Shown: positions 13,901 to 26,134, numbered from the whole stretch's first letter. The stretch is DNA of 63,660 nucleotides, filler included, from Octopus bimaculoides (GCF_001194135.2; 7 parts of 7 records of this genome joined end to end with filler, not necessarily neighbours in it); one strand, 5' to 3'. Numbers and translations are program-made. Notes: generated by a model from the sequence alone, not told the origin.

Positions 13901-15018
13901 TTTAAAGAAGAGTGATACTGGTGGAATTCTTCAAATGCTCCATTGTGCTTGCCAAGGAAAGTAAAATGCAGATTTGGAGAAGTTAGACTCGACTTCATCT
14001 ATTGAAGACCTGCTGGAGTCACCACTGGAAATAATGCTTATGACTGAATTCTTCAGTAACAATATTGACAACTTTATGGAACCACCCCGAGGATGCAACA
14101 GTAAGACAAAGAGTATCGTGTTGAATATGGAGTGCTTCATGAGATAAACTCAAGAAACTGCAGACAATGGTTGTTTGTTGAAGCAACCTTGGCTTCATCC
14201 GAGATATAGCCTGTTCCCTCCTGCATTTCAACTGGAGTGGAGGTGATTTGCTGAGTGGTTAGGGTATTGGACTTGTGACTGTAATGTTGTGGTTTTGGTT
14301 CCTGGACCAAGTAATGCAGTGTGTTCTTGAGCAAAACACTTCAGTTTACTCAGCTGTCAAAAGTGAGTAATCCTGTGATGGACTGGTGTCCCATCCAGGA
14401 AAGGAAAATATATGTGCCACAGAAACCTGGGAGCCAGCCCTATGAGTCTTTCAACTGAAAGAATAGTGAGTAGGCCTCAATATATGAAAACTTCAGATCT
14501 TAGTGGAACATCTTTACTAATTTTATTATAACTTTAGATCACAACAAGATCACATTGTTTGAGACAGTAATCTACAGTTATTACCTGCTTGGTAGATGCA
14601 TCAGTATCTTCCAAGTTATTGGATTTTTCAGTCAGTCCGTGAAGTCTGTCACCATATTTGAAGAGGTGGGTATGTCCTGTGCACCCATGTACCATTAAGT
14701 CATATGGAGCTGAGTCAAAATGTTATAAATGTACATATACACCTGATGAGATGCTTCTGCACCGTAATTCATGGTATAATTTCCCACCTGCAACAGAGCG
14801 ATGCAGGATGTGTCAAAATGATCATTGTGATAAGCAAAGTTTACAGTATGCTCTATCCATTGTTTCTACTCAACGTGCACTGAAGAATTCCTAACATAGA
14901 TCCAACAACGATTGTGCTATTACTGTGGATGATGCTAGGTAGCCATAAGCAATGAATGTGCTTTATCATCATACTATTAGGAACATACCCAACATGTAAA
15001 TTTTAATTTTAATTTTAT

Positions 15019-15058
<40 letters not shown>

Positions 15059-16303
15059 TATATTTATTCTATTTCTATTAACATCTTTTATATAGCTCAT
15101 CTTAAAAGTACTCACTGAACAAGAAGTTAAACTAATCTTCTAAACCTACAATTCTTCAATTAAATGAAATATCTAACTCAATGAATAACCTAAAAATTTC
15201 CCAAGATTTAAAAACAATTATGTAATATTAAATATAATATTTGTCATTGACAGGGTAAGAATTTTACGAACTTCAGCAGGACATGAAATAGTGCTTTTTT
15301 TTGGAACATTGGATCTTGAAGCAGATAAGCTATAAATAGTAGCATGTAAATATTGGCTTAAAAACAAAAACCTTTGGATAGAAAAAGTTGGATGCTGCCC
15401 ATGGAACTTGAACCTACATCTCTTGTACACATAACAGACATTCTACCTTTGTATCAGAACAATCCTCCAAATTTCTCTATTTTAGGATCTTTACCAGTTG
15501 CCAGTGAAAATTGCGTGTTGTTGAGTTTCAAACATAACAAAGGCAAGTTTACAAAAATAAATGCAGGAATGCACATATACATACATATAAAAGCAAACAC
15601 ACACACACTGGTTCTATTTCACTTTTTTATATTCATTAGTCAACTGGTTAATCATTTAACCAATTAAATTATCGATTGTTTAATTATCAATAAATGACCT
15701 AGTTTTGTCAAAGTTCTTTCATTGCCATTTGCGATCTCATCAGTGACATGTTCTACTTCAGGCTTCTTCAAAAATGAAGTGAAATAAAACCAGTACATGT
15801 TTTATTGTTGGCCTGATGACCCTCCTAACATGCAACAAAATATGCTTTAAAACAAGTTCACATGAAGAATGTTGCAACACAAACAAAATATATACATACA
15901 TAGGGGTGAGTGGACAAACGACAAGAGCCACTCAACGCATTTAGTTGGAGTTATGTATATCATTGTTTGCAAAAGTTTGATTCATCCCTGTGCAACTTAG
16001 AATTTTGTAGGCTCCTTACAATAACCTAGCTAGTGAGGCTTGTGTGGTTGAATTGGTTCCCTGAGCCCTACGACCTAGGTTTCTGTAAGGAGCCTATAAG
16101 ACTTTAAGTTGCATACAGCCAAATCAAACAGTTTTAAATGGTAATGGTGCTAATGGGGGGGTTCCAATTTTGGTACAAAGCCAGAAGGTTTAGGAGAGAG
16201 GGGTAAGTCGATTTCATCAACCCCAATACTCAAGTGGCACTTATCTTATTGACCCTGAAAGGATGAAAGGCAAAGCCAACCTCAGCAGAATTTGAACCCA
16301 GAA

Positions 16304-16528
16304 AGGCGGCGAGCTGGCAGAAACGTTAGCACGCCGGACTTAGCGGTATTTCGTCTGCCGTTACGTTCTGAGTTCAAATTCCACCAGGTTTGACTTTGCC
16401 TTTCATCCTTTTGGGGTCGATTAAATAAATACCGGTTATGCACTGGGGTCGATGTAATTGACTTAATCCGTTTGTCTGTCCTTGTTTGTCCCCTCTATGT
16501 TTAGCCCCTTGTGGGCAATAAAGAAATA
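16304..16528 (+). mobile_element. tRNA-derived SINE (family A, GGCGGCGAGCTGGCAGAA head), nested in an antisense older copy
   Basis: Head with B-box-like GAGTTCAAATTCC; 17-bp TSD AGAATTTGAACCCAGAA at 16287-16303 and 16529-16545. Confidence 0.85.
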
Positions 16529-17137
16529 AGAATTTGAACCCAGAACTTAAAGATGGATAAAATGCTGCTAAGCAAATGATTCTGCTAGCTTACCACAATA
16601 ATAATAATAATAATCCTTTCTACTATAGGCACAAGGGCTGAAATTTGGAGGAGGGGATAATCAATAACATTGACCCCAGTGTTTCACTGGTGCTTAATTT
16701 ATCGACCCTGAAAGGACGAAAGGCAAAGTAAACCTCAACAGAATTTGAACCCAGAACGTAAAGATAGACAAAATGCCACTAAGCTAACAATTCTGGTAGC
16801 TTTCCACAACAACAACAATAATAATGGTTTCAAGTTTTGCCACAAGGGCAGCTATTTTGGGGGAGAGGATGAGTCGCTTACTATTTACTGTTTATGTTTT
16901 AAATATTGATTACAAATCAATAAAGGAGTTTTTCAAAACTTCTATTTTCCAGAGCCCCCCACTTCTTTATCTTTCTCTTTTCTTCTTCCCATCTTCATTT
17001 CAGAGTTTGCAACTGGCAGTAACTTTTTCTTTTTCATTTTTGTATTTGGTTTACAAGATTCTTTATGTGAATTCATGTGTTGATAAAAATTTTGCTGTGT
17101 CTCGAGAGTCATTACGCCAGCATTATTAACACACACA

Positions 17138-17373
17138 CACTGGTTCAGTTCCATTCCTTTATTATTAGCCAGTCGGTTAAATATCCAACTAACCAATCAA
17201 TTGTTTGTTTAACTTGGTTAAACAGTAAATCATTTGTTTTGTTTTTGTTTGTCAAAGCTTTTTTGTTGCTACTTGCAAATGACTTACTGGTTAACCAAGT
17301 TAACAAACAACTGATTGGTTAGTTGGATATTTAACCAATTGACTAATAATAAAGGAATGGAACTGAACCAGTG
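17138..17373. repeat. Long inverted repeat (about 99-bp arms, 39-nt loop), MITE-like
   Basis: 17138-17236 is the reverse complement of 17276-17373 with few mismatches. Confidence 0.85.
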
Positions 17374-17523
17374 CATGTGGCAATAATATTAGCATAATGA
17401 CTTTCCCTAGACATAACAAAGTAACTTTTTCCTTTTTATCTTTTTACGAAAATTCTTTCAGAATTATGTTTTACCCATCACAGATGATGATTAAGCAACA
17501 AGCCTTTATTATTATCCCCACCA

Positions 17524-17559
<36 letters not shown>

Positions 17560-18137
17560 CTCTTCTACATGTGTCGGAAAAAATGTAAACAATGCAAACA
17601 TTTACACACAATAAAACTCTGCCAAATCAGATTGGAGCCTGGTGTAGCCATCTGGTTCTCCAGTCCTCAGTCAAATCGTCCAACCCATGCTAGCATGGAA
17701 GGCGGATGTTAAACGATGATGATGATGAACACTTCCTTCCTAAAAATTTTTTTTATACTTTCTGTTTTTGTTTGTATGATTTGGCCCTTGAGGGAATCTG
17801 GCACAAAATATTGAGATTCATATTAGAGTCTTTCATCTGCAATACATATTTTTTTATGGTGAGGTATTATCTTTAAATTTTTGTGATGAAATGAAAAATT
17901 ATTTGAATAAAATCTTTAACAATATTTGTGTCTGTGTGTAGTGGAGGGTTACAATATAATTCTGATATTTCTGTATAAAATACCTTCCCTCAATATTTGA
18001 AAGAGAATAACAAATCAAATAAAATGATGAAACCTTTGATGTTTTCAATTGAAAACTTCAATGGTTTTTGTCATTTGAACTGATTTGTATTTTAATTTTG
18101 AAATATGCAAAAGGCATTTTATTCCAAAATATCAATA

Positions 18138-18560
18138 ATCCTTTCTACTATAGGCACAAGGCCTGGATTTTTGTGGGGAGGGCAGGGGGTACGATCAATC
18201 ATGTCAACCCCAGCACTTGACTAGTACTTAATTTATCGACCCCGAAAGGATGAAAGGCAAAGTCAACCTTGGCGGAATTTGAACTCAGAACATAGCAACA
18301 GGCAAAATGCTGCTAAGCATTTTGTCCAGCGTGCTAATGATTCTGCCAGCTTGCTGCCTTAATAATCCTTTCTACTATAGGCACAAGGCCTGAAATTTGG
18401 GGGAAGGGGACCAGTTGATTACATCGACCCTAATATTTTACTGGTACTCAATTTTTTTGACCCTGAAAGGATGAAAGGCAAAATCAACCTCGGCGGAATT
18501 TGAACTCAGAATATCACTAAGCATTTCGTCCAGTGTGGTAACAATTCTGCCAGCTCAGCA
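18138..18560 (-). mobile_element. Two head-to-tail family A SINE copies
   Basis: Repeated ataatcctttctactataggcacaaggcctg...cccgaaaggatgaaaggcaaagtcaacc...ctgccagct units. Confidence 0.75.
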
Positions 18561-19333
18561 CTGTAATAATACTAACAATAAAATAATAATAAACATTTGG
18601 TTGGCTCCATTTATTATTTAATGTATCTAAAATCTAAACCTTAAGCATTTAAATTTCTTTGTCAAATGTATTGCTTATTTATTCACATTATTTTGAATTA
18701 ATCACACATTATTTTGTAGCTTTAAGATCCCAATGATGTGTTTGTATATTTTTAGAACGATATTGTAGGGTAGGTGTGAGAGATTGAATCTAGTCAGTTT
18801 TAACTTAAAACCAGTAGAATATTTGGGCTGGATATGGCCAGATTAAATGCTAAAAGATTAAACAGAGTTTTATAATGCCCATAAATGCATTCCACATATC
18901 TTCCAATTTATTAATTATTATTGCTTGTTTTTACATTTTAAATCCTGTTTACAGCAAACTTTCCCTTCTTCAAATTTTGTTGCAACCATAATATTAATCA
19001 TACAGAAATGACTGGCATTCAGAATCGGGAGTACAACACCCTAATTACAAGGCCATGCCCCTTCATTTTTAAACATGATTCTTTATATTTTGAGTTTAAA
19101 TCATACACTTTTCCTTTTTCATTCTTTACGTGGTTCCTAAAATGAGTACTAGTAAATTACTGGGGTTGATATAACCAACTGTTCCTTTCCCTTAAATTTC
19201 TAATCTTGAACCTGGAAGAAGTTATCAAATTACATATTTGTCTGCTTTTAATAGTGAGCTTATTTATAACTGTTGTCTGCTGTATTTATACTACTATATT
19301 CTACTTTGTATTCGTCTTTCTTTTACCCTCTAG

Positions 19334-19715
19334 CCCTGCCGATAAACCCTGGTATGTTGACTGCCCACTGCCATCATCGACCTCCTTTTTCAGGCAGCCA
19401 ATCGACTGGTCGTTATTTTAGTACATCTTCAAAAGACTCAGTGACAGCCACCAAGGAATATAGTTATGTTGTTGTTGGGGCCGGGTCTGCAGGGTGTGTC
19501 CTCAGTAATCGCCTTACAGAAGATGTTGACAATACTGTACTTCTATTGGAAGCTGGTCCAAAGGACTATTCTTGGAAGATCCACATGCCTGCAGCTCTGA
19601 TGTACAACCTATGTGATGACAAATATAATTGGTACTACATGACAGAACCGGAGAGAGGCATGGACAACCGAGTAATGTATTGGCCAAGGGGTCGTGTTTG
19701 GGGTGGGTCATCTTC
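19334..19715 (+). CDS. CHDH: Choline dehydrogenase, N-terminal coding exon (FAD-binding Rossmann fold); 3' end truncated by gap
   Basis: Acceptor ttttaccctctAG ends at 19333; in-frame ATG at 19354. Reads [120 protein letters not shown]. GxGxxG motif, [10 protein letters not shown] and [11 protein letters not shown] are CHDH-typical. The true start may be in an upstream exon. Confidence 0.96.
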
Positions 19716-19815
19716 NNNNNNNNNNNNNNNNNNNNNNNNNNNNNNNNNNNNNNNNNNNNTTAATTAATTAANNNNNNNNNNNNNNNNNNNNNNNNNNNNN
19801 NNNNNNNNNNNNNNN

Positions 19816-20045
19816 GGCACATAAAAGACACCATTTCGAGCGTGGCCGTTTTCGTGCGGGTGACACGTAAAAGCACCCACTACACTCTCTGAGTGGTTGG
19901 CGTTAGGAAGGGCATCCAGCTGTAGAAACTCTGCCAAATTAGATTGGAGCCTGGTGTTGCCATCCGGTTTCACCAGTCCTCAGTCAAATCGTCCAACCCA
20001 TGCTAGCATGGAAAGCGAACGTTAAACGATGGTGATGATGATGAT
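19816..20045 (+). mobile_element. Retroposon 3' end with (GAT)n tail (RTE-related tail)
   Basis: ggcgttaggaagggcatccagctgtagaaac...aacccatgctagcatggaaagcgaacgttaaacgatggtgatgatgatg; second copy at about 17612-17728. Confidence 0.75.
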
Positions 20046-22094
20046 TCATTTCTAATATTCTGTGAAAACATGTCTGGCCATGGGGAAATATTTCATTGCT
20101 TAGAAACAGGTGGGGGTTGGCAAATGAAACTGCAACTGGCCATAGAAAATCTGCCTCAACAAATTCTGTTAGGCCCATGCAAGCCTGGAAAAATAGATAT
20201 TAAAGCAGTGACCATATAGTTATATTGATGTATATCAATGAAAGGTATAAACAATGAGAAGAAAACTAAAAACTGGTGAATTTTCAGTGAAGTCTTCTAC
20301 AATATTTGTTCTGCACCAAATTGCAGACACCCCTTTATCACTTTCACAAAAATACACTAAACCAGTGATTGGTTTGTTGGTAGCTCACAACCAATAATGC
20401 TGTTGCTCACCAATTATTGATTTAGATTAAAATAAATAAATATTTGCAAGACACTTGCCCAAGGTCCTATTGTGTGACACCTCAAACAAGTGTCTTCTAC
20501 TATAGCCTGAAACTAAGCAAATCCTTGTTGAGTGGAGTTGGGAGACAGAAACTGAAAGAAGCCCACTGTGTGTGTGTGTGTGTATATAATCTAATATCTA
20601 ATCTAATCTAACAATATATAAAATAGAGATGTGTGCGTATTCACTTTTCACATGAAAACAGCTTCACCAATTGCTTTCATACTTGTGATGCATGAATAAT
20701 TTGACCTTGGACAAATAATAGGCTGTTCATATGATTTTTTTTTAAGAATAAAAAATATTGCTTTTTATATTATATTCATGTCTTTGAAAGTTAAAATATT
20801 TACTTCAGGTTTTCTAGTGTCAGTGACATAACATATCTCTTTATGTATATCTCTTGTTTTCACTTTCATTTTTCAGACGCTATTCTTTTCACTTTCAATT
20901 TTCATATGCCATTGTTTAACTTCCATGTTATTGTTTTCACTGTAAGTTTTCAGTCGCTATTTTCAAACAAACAACGACAAATTACTGACAGAAAGAAGTT
21001 CACTATTACTGATGTAAGTAATTTCATAATTTACTGAGAGAAATATCTTCATAAATTTCACTTCAATCTGTACAGTTCTGTTTTTCTGTTGTTGATGGTT
21101 TCTTTCTGATTTCTTCGATACTGGCTCTTTAGTTCACTGAGTGACAAATTTCACTTTAACCCGTACAGTACTTTATTTTCCATTAAAATTTCTTATTTAC
21201 TTTCTGCCCATCATATTAAGAAACATAATTTCTGTTACCAAGTTATTTTCATTGTTTACTATCTTCTGCATTCGTGTATTTCTGTATACATATATAACCG
21301 TGCCTAGAAAGAAAGTGTCAAATTTGTCGGCATAACTACGAATTTCTGCTCCCCCCCCACCACAATGTGAATGCTCATAACTTTCAGAAAAATGGATATT
21401 TTTTAATAAAATTTTCTAGGAATATGTGTTATATCATGCAGATTCCAAATACACAAAATTTTGCAGGTAAGTGTTTTTGGAGGGGGTGGGGGATTTCTGA
21501 AAATTCACCGGAATCCACTTCAATTCTTCTTAACTTTCAGGAAAATGGATATTTGTTAATGAAATTCTCAATAAATATACCTCGGACTGTGTAGATTCCG
21601 AGGATATAGGAATTTTGAGGGAAAACAATTGGAGGTTATTTTTGAGAACTGTCCCCCATTCGGGGGTGTTTTGGAACAAGTTGTCCATATTTGCTTCATT
21701 TTCTCAGTTTTGTGTGTTTGTGCTTCTGCAGATTTCTACTGAAGCAACAAATTGGCAATGAAGCCCTCACCAGAAAACTCCTTATGCTAAAAATAACATC
21801 TAATGGTCTGGTACACAGAAATATGTTATTAAGACGACTTATCTGTTGCATATGATCTTTTTTTTTTTCACTTTAAGTAAATTCCCAGGTAAACATTCCT
21901 AATAGAAAGGCAGAAGACACCAGAAGCAAAAATAAGGAATATACATGCACAGTTAAATATAGAAGTGTAAAGTATAATTTGTTATATAATTTCCATAATA
22001 AACATGGTATTGAATGGAATAAGTCCCCGTTTGAACTTTTTTAATTACATATGTGTGTGTTTGTGGTAGAAATCTATGGATGCACAAATGCATT

Positions 22095-22965
22095 TTCTTG
22101 AAAGTTAAGATTCCTGATGGGCCGGGGTTGTTCCTCACTTCACACCCTTAATTGTTTTATCTACCAGGGTGCTGTCTATTCAGATAACCGGTCCCTCTAC
22201 TGGGTCAACATCTAGCAGGCTCTCCTCCTCCCATTCATTCTCCACATTCAGCAGTCTTTCATAAATGCTTCTCCAAGCCTCTTGCTTTTCTGAATCATTA
22301 AAAGCAAGTGCACCATCATCCATGCAGACACATTTCTCTCCTGTGACATCACAATTTACTCTCACACTCTGTCCTGCAATCTGAAATACTTCAGTTCTTT
22401 GGTCCTCATGTCGCTGGACATTGGCAAACTTCTTTTCTACTTCTTCCTTGGCCGTGTATACCTGTTGCCCAGCCTCTCTTCTGGCTATCTGGTACAGTTC
22501 CCTGCTACTCCCACCTTACCAGGCCTATTTCTTTGCTCTAATGGCTTTGTCTACCCTATTATTCCACCACTGCTCTAGGTCTGGAAGGGACTTTGCACAT
22601 TCTGCAGACTTGGTCTGTGAAGCTGTTCTGTAGAAATTTCCAGCTACCTTCTATGTCCGAGATCTGTAGCTCCTCCTCCCCCTCATCAAATTTCTTGATG
22701 AGGATGTCCCTAAATTTCTGACCATGTGAAGGGTTCTTTAGCTTCCAAATCCTTCTTTTCTGGATTGGTCTGCTTCTTGGCATCCTTCTGGCCTCAAGTC
22801 TAAAGTCACTAATGACTAGTCTATGTTGGGGGCTACATTCTTCACCCAGGAGGGTTTTTGTAATAAAAAGTAACCCTACGTCCCGCTGTCTGGTGAGGAG
22901 GAAACCAATCTGGCTAGCAGAGTCACCTGACTGATAGATTATCAGGTGGCTGTCTGGCTTCCTGA
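22095..22965 (-). mobile_element. RTE-clade LINE internal ORF fragment (endonuclease end to pre-RT linker)
   Basis: Minus-strand pieces LITYQSGDSASQI..., QHRLVISDF, RRIWKLKNP, DVTGEKCVCMDDGALAFNDSEKQEAWRSIYERLLNVENEWEEESL, PGPSGI; disrupted by stops and frameshifts. Confidence 0.8.
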
Positions 22966-23334
22966 AGTTAGTGTTGCAGATTAAAAGGTTACATGCATCA
23001 CAGAACTCCTGTAGCCTATTCCCTCATTGCTTCAGGAACCAATACCATGACACACACATGAACATATGGCTGTTTCTTTCAGTTTCCATCTACCATCAAA
23101 TCCAATCACAAGACTTTGGTTGGCACAGGCTGTTTATAGTGGTAAACATTTGTCACAGGTGCCATGCACTAAGACTGAACCTGAGACCATGTGGTTGTGA
23201 AGCAAACTTCTTCACTATACAGCCATGCCTAAGGTACAATTTGGAACAGTCTTAACAATGAGGTATGATTGGACAGTGTCCTCAAACCTTTCAAATTTAA
23301 ATATTAAAGTTAAAAAATACTAAAAGGAAATTAC

Positions 23335-23461
23335 CGGGTGCATGTTAATAAGCCATCCTGTTCTTTCTGCTGATTCTTTATAGCGGACAAATCCAAATCT
23401 GGAATCAACCTCATCATTTTGAATGCTTCTTTGTAGACGTTTCTCACTTGTATCTTCTCGC
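23335..23461 (-). CDS. POLE: DNA polymerase epsilon catalytic subunit, internal exon (orthologue of vertebrate exon 2)
   Basis: Minus strand: gtttcaacAG|g cga gaa...atg cac ccg|GTaatt. 127 nt = 1 nt + 42 codons, [42 protein letters not shown], matching human [40 protein letters not shown]. Phases (2 upstream, 0 downstream after MHP) agree with my recollection of human POLE exon 2. Confidence 0.93.
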
Positions 23462-23637
23462 CTGTTGAAACATGAAACAACAACATTGCAAACAATACCG
23501 ATCAAATAATGGGCCACCAAGATTGGGGGGGGGGGGGNNNNNNNNNNNNNNNNNNNNNNNNNNNNNNNNNNNNNNNNNNNNTTAATTAATTAANNNNNNN
23601 NNNNNNNNNNNNNNNNNNNNNNNNNNNNNNNNNNNNN

Positions 23638-23842
23638 CAGCCTTCCCTCTCCATGCCAGCAGTGTTATCCAAGGGATAACACTTGGCACTTGTGACGTCG
23701 CAACACATTTCCACAGCTGAGTGAACTGAAGCAACGTGAAATAAAGTGTCTTGCTCAAGAACACAACACGCAACCCGGTACGGGATTCGAACTCACAGCC
23801 TCATAATTGTAAGCTCGACGCCCTAACCACTGAGTCATGCGC
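23638..23842 (-). mobile_element. tRNA-derived SINE 5' part
   Basis: Minus strand ggcgcatgactcagtggttagggcg...gagttcgaatcccg...gtgttcttgagcaagacactttatttcacgttgct (A/B boxes plus core). Confidence 0.8.
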
Positions 23843-23845
23843 CTT

Positions 23846-23877
<32 letters not shown>

Positions 23878-24839
23878 CATATATACGCGCGCGTGTGTGA
23901 AGAACTTTCTGTTTCTCTGTTACTGTGTATTTCTNNNNNNNNNNNNNNNNNNNNNNNNNNNNNNNNNNNNNNNNNNNNNNNNNNNNNNNNNNNNNNNNNN
24001 NNNNNNNNNNNNNNNNNNNNNNNNNNNNNNNNNNNNNNNNNNNNNNNNNNNNNNNNNNNNNNNNNNNNNNNNNNNNNNNNNNNNNNNNNNNNNNNNNNNN
24101 NNNNNNNNNNNNNNNNNNNNNNNNNNNNNNNNNNNNNNNNNNNNNNNNNNNNNNNNNNNNNNNNNNNNNNNNNNNNNNNNNNNNNNNNNNNNNNNNNNNN
24201 NNNNNNNNNNNNNNNNNNNNNNNNNNNNNNNNNNNNNNNNNNNNNNNNNNNNNNNNNNNNNNNNNNNNNNNNNNNNNNNNNNNNNNNNNNNNNNNNNNNN
24301 NNNNNNNNNNNNNNNNNNNNNNNNNNNNNNNNNNNNNNNNNNNNNNNNNNNNNNNNNNNNNNNNNNNNNNNNNNNNNNNNNNNNNNNNNNNNNNNNNNNN
24401 NNNNNNNNNNNNNNNNNNNNNNNNNNNNNNNNNNNNNNNNNNNNNNNNNNNNNNNNNNNNNNNNNNNNNNNNNNNNNNNNNNNNNNNNNNNNNNNNNNNN
24501 NNNNNNNNNNNNNNNNNNNNNNNNNNNNNNNNNNNNNNNNNNNNNNNNNNNNNNNNNNNNNNNNNNNNNNNNNNNNNNNNNNNNNNNNNNNNNNNNNNNN
24601 NNNNNNNNNNNNNNNNNNNNNNNNNNNNNNNNNNNNNNNNNNNNNNNNNNNNNNNNNNNNNNNNNNNNNNNNNNNNNNNNNNNNNNNNNNNNNNNNNNNN
24701 NNNNNNNNNNNNNNNNNNNNNNNNNNNNNNNNNNNACATGCATACATACAAGGTGCGATGGGTAAATTGTCACCATTTTTATATTTTTAATTTCGCACAT
24801 GCGCATTTTTTGTTTTCGATTTTGTCGACTATACAGTAC

Positions 24840-25563
24840 AGTAGGGTCAGTTGAGCACCATCTGTGAGAAAAACATTACCATGATGCAATTCAGTGAGCC
24901 AGTAATTTGGAAACGACATACTGTACTGCTTGGTATTCGCGGCCGGAAGCTCCAGTACGGGCATTTGAGAGTGTTTGCGCGTCAATCTAAGGACATGTAC
25001 CGAGAGTGATAAAAATCAAACATCCAGTCATCATCATGGTGTTTGGAGTGATCACTAGTGATGGCGACATCATGAATCCATTCATCTTCTCACACGGTCT
25101 CAGACTCACGGAGACCTACATAAAGTGCCTGGAGGAGGTAGTGCTGTCCTGGGTCAAGAGGGTGGCTGCTGGAAGCCCCTACGTCTGGCAACAAGACTCT
25201 GCACCATGCAACACAAGCAAGAGAACCCAGTCCTTGGTTGTCAGACAATTTCTAAAACCACATCGCTCCTAACATCTGGCCACCTAACTTTCCAAACTGC
25301 AACCCTCTTGGTTATTATGTGTGGGGCGCAGTTGAGCGAGAGACCGACAAAACTCCTTGTAACACCAAAGATGAACTGTAGGCAAGGATTATGGTAGCAT
25401 TCACCAACTCAAGCAATAAAACCGTCCAGAAGAGTTGTAGGAGATTCCGAGTTGTCTAGAGACCGTGGTTGAAGCCAATGGCGATTTTATTGAATAAATT
25501 TACTCTTTAGTATTTCAAGATATTTTAATGTAATTTTGGTAAATATATCTGTTAAAATGAGAT
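24840..25563 (+). mobile_element. Tc1/mariner-superfamily element (maT/DD37D-like), decayed transposase C-terminal half
   Basis: IMVFGVITSDG...YVWQQDSAP, then after a 1-nt frameshift WLSDNF*NHIAPNIWPPNFPNCNPLGYYVWGAVER...VVEANGDFIE*. After frameshift correction, 37 residues lie between the QQD Asp and the position of the third Asp (here G). Confidence 0.85.
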
Positions 25564-26051
25564 NNNNNNNNNNNNNNNNNNNNNNNNNNNNNNNNNNNNN
25601 NNNNNNNNNNNNNNNNNNNNNNNNNNNNNNNNNNNNNNNNNNNNNNNNNNNNNNNNNNNNNNNNNNNNNNNNNNNNNNNNNNNNNNNNNNNNNNNNNNNN
25701 NNNNNNNNNNNNNNNNNNNNNNNNNNNNNNNNNNNNNNNNNNNNNNNNNNNNNNNNNNNNNNNNNNNNNNNNNNNNNNNNNNNNNNNNNNNNNNNNNNNN
25801 NNNNNNNNNNNNNNNNNNNNNNNNNNNNNNNNNNNNNNNNNNNNNNNNNNNNNNNNNNNNNNNNNNNNNNNNNNNNNNNNNNNNNNNNNNNNNNNNNNNN
25901 NNNNNNNNNNNNNNNNNNNNNNNNNNNNNNNNNNNNNNNNNNNNNNNNNNNNNNNNNNNNNNNNNNNNNNNNNNNNNNNNNNNNNNNNNNNNNNNNNNNN
26001 NNNNNNNNNNNNNNNNNNNNNNNNNNNNNNNNNNNNNNNNNNNNNNNNNNN

Positions 26052-26134
<83 letters not shown>

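Noticed and set aside
15374-15667. ORF with ILGSLPVASENC, faintly like a hAT dimerisation domain
   Set aside because: The similarity is too weak to call, and the ORF runs into the MITE-like remnant.
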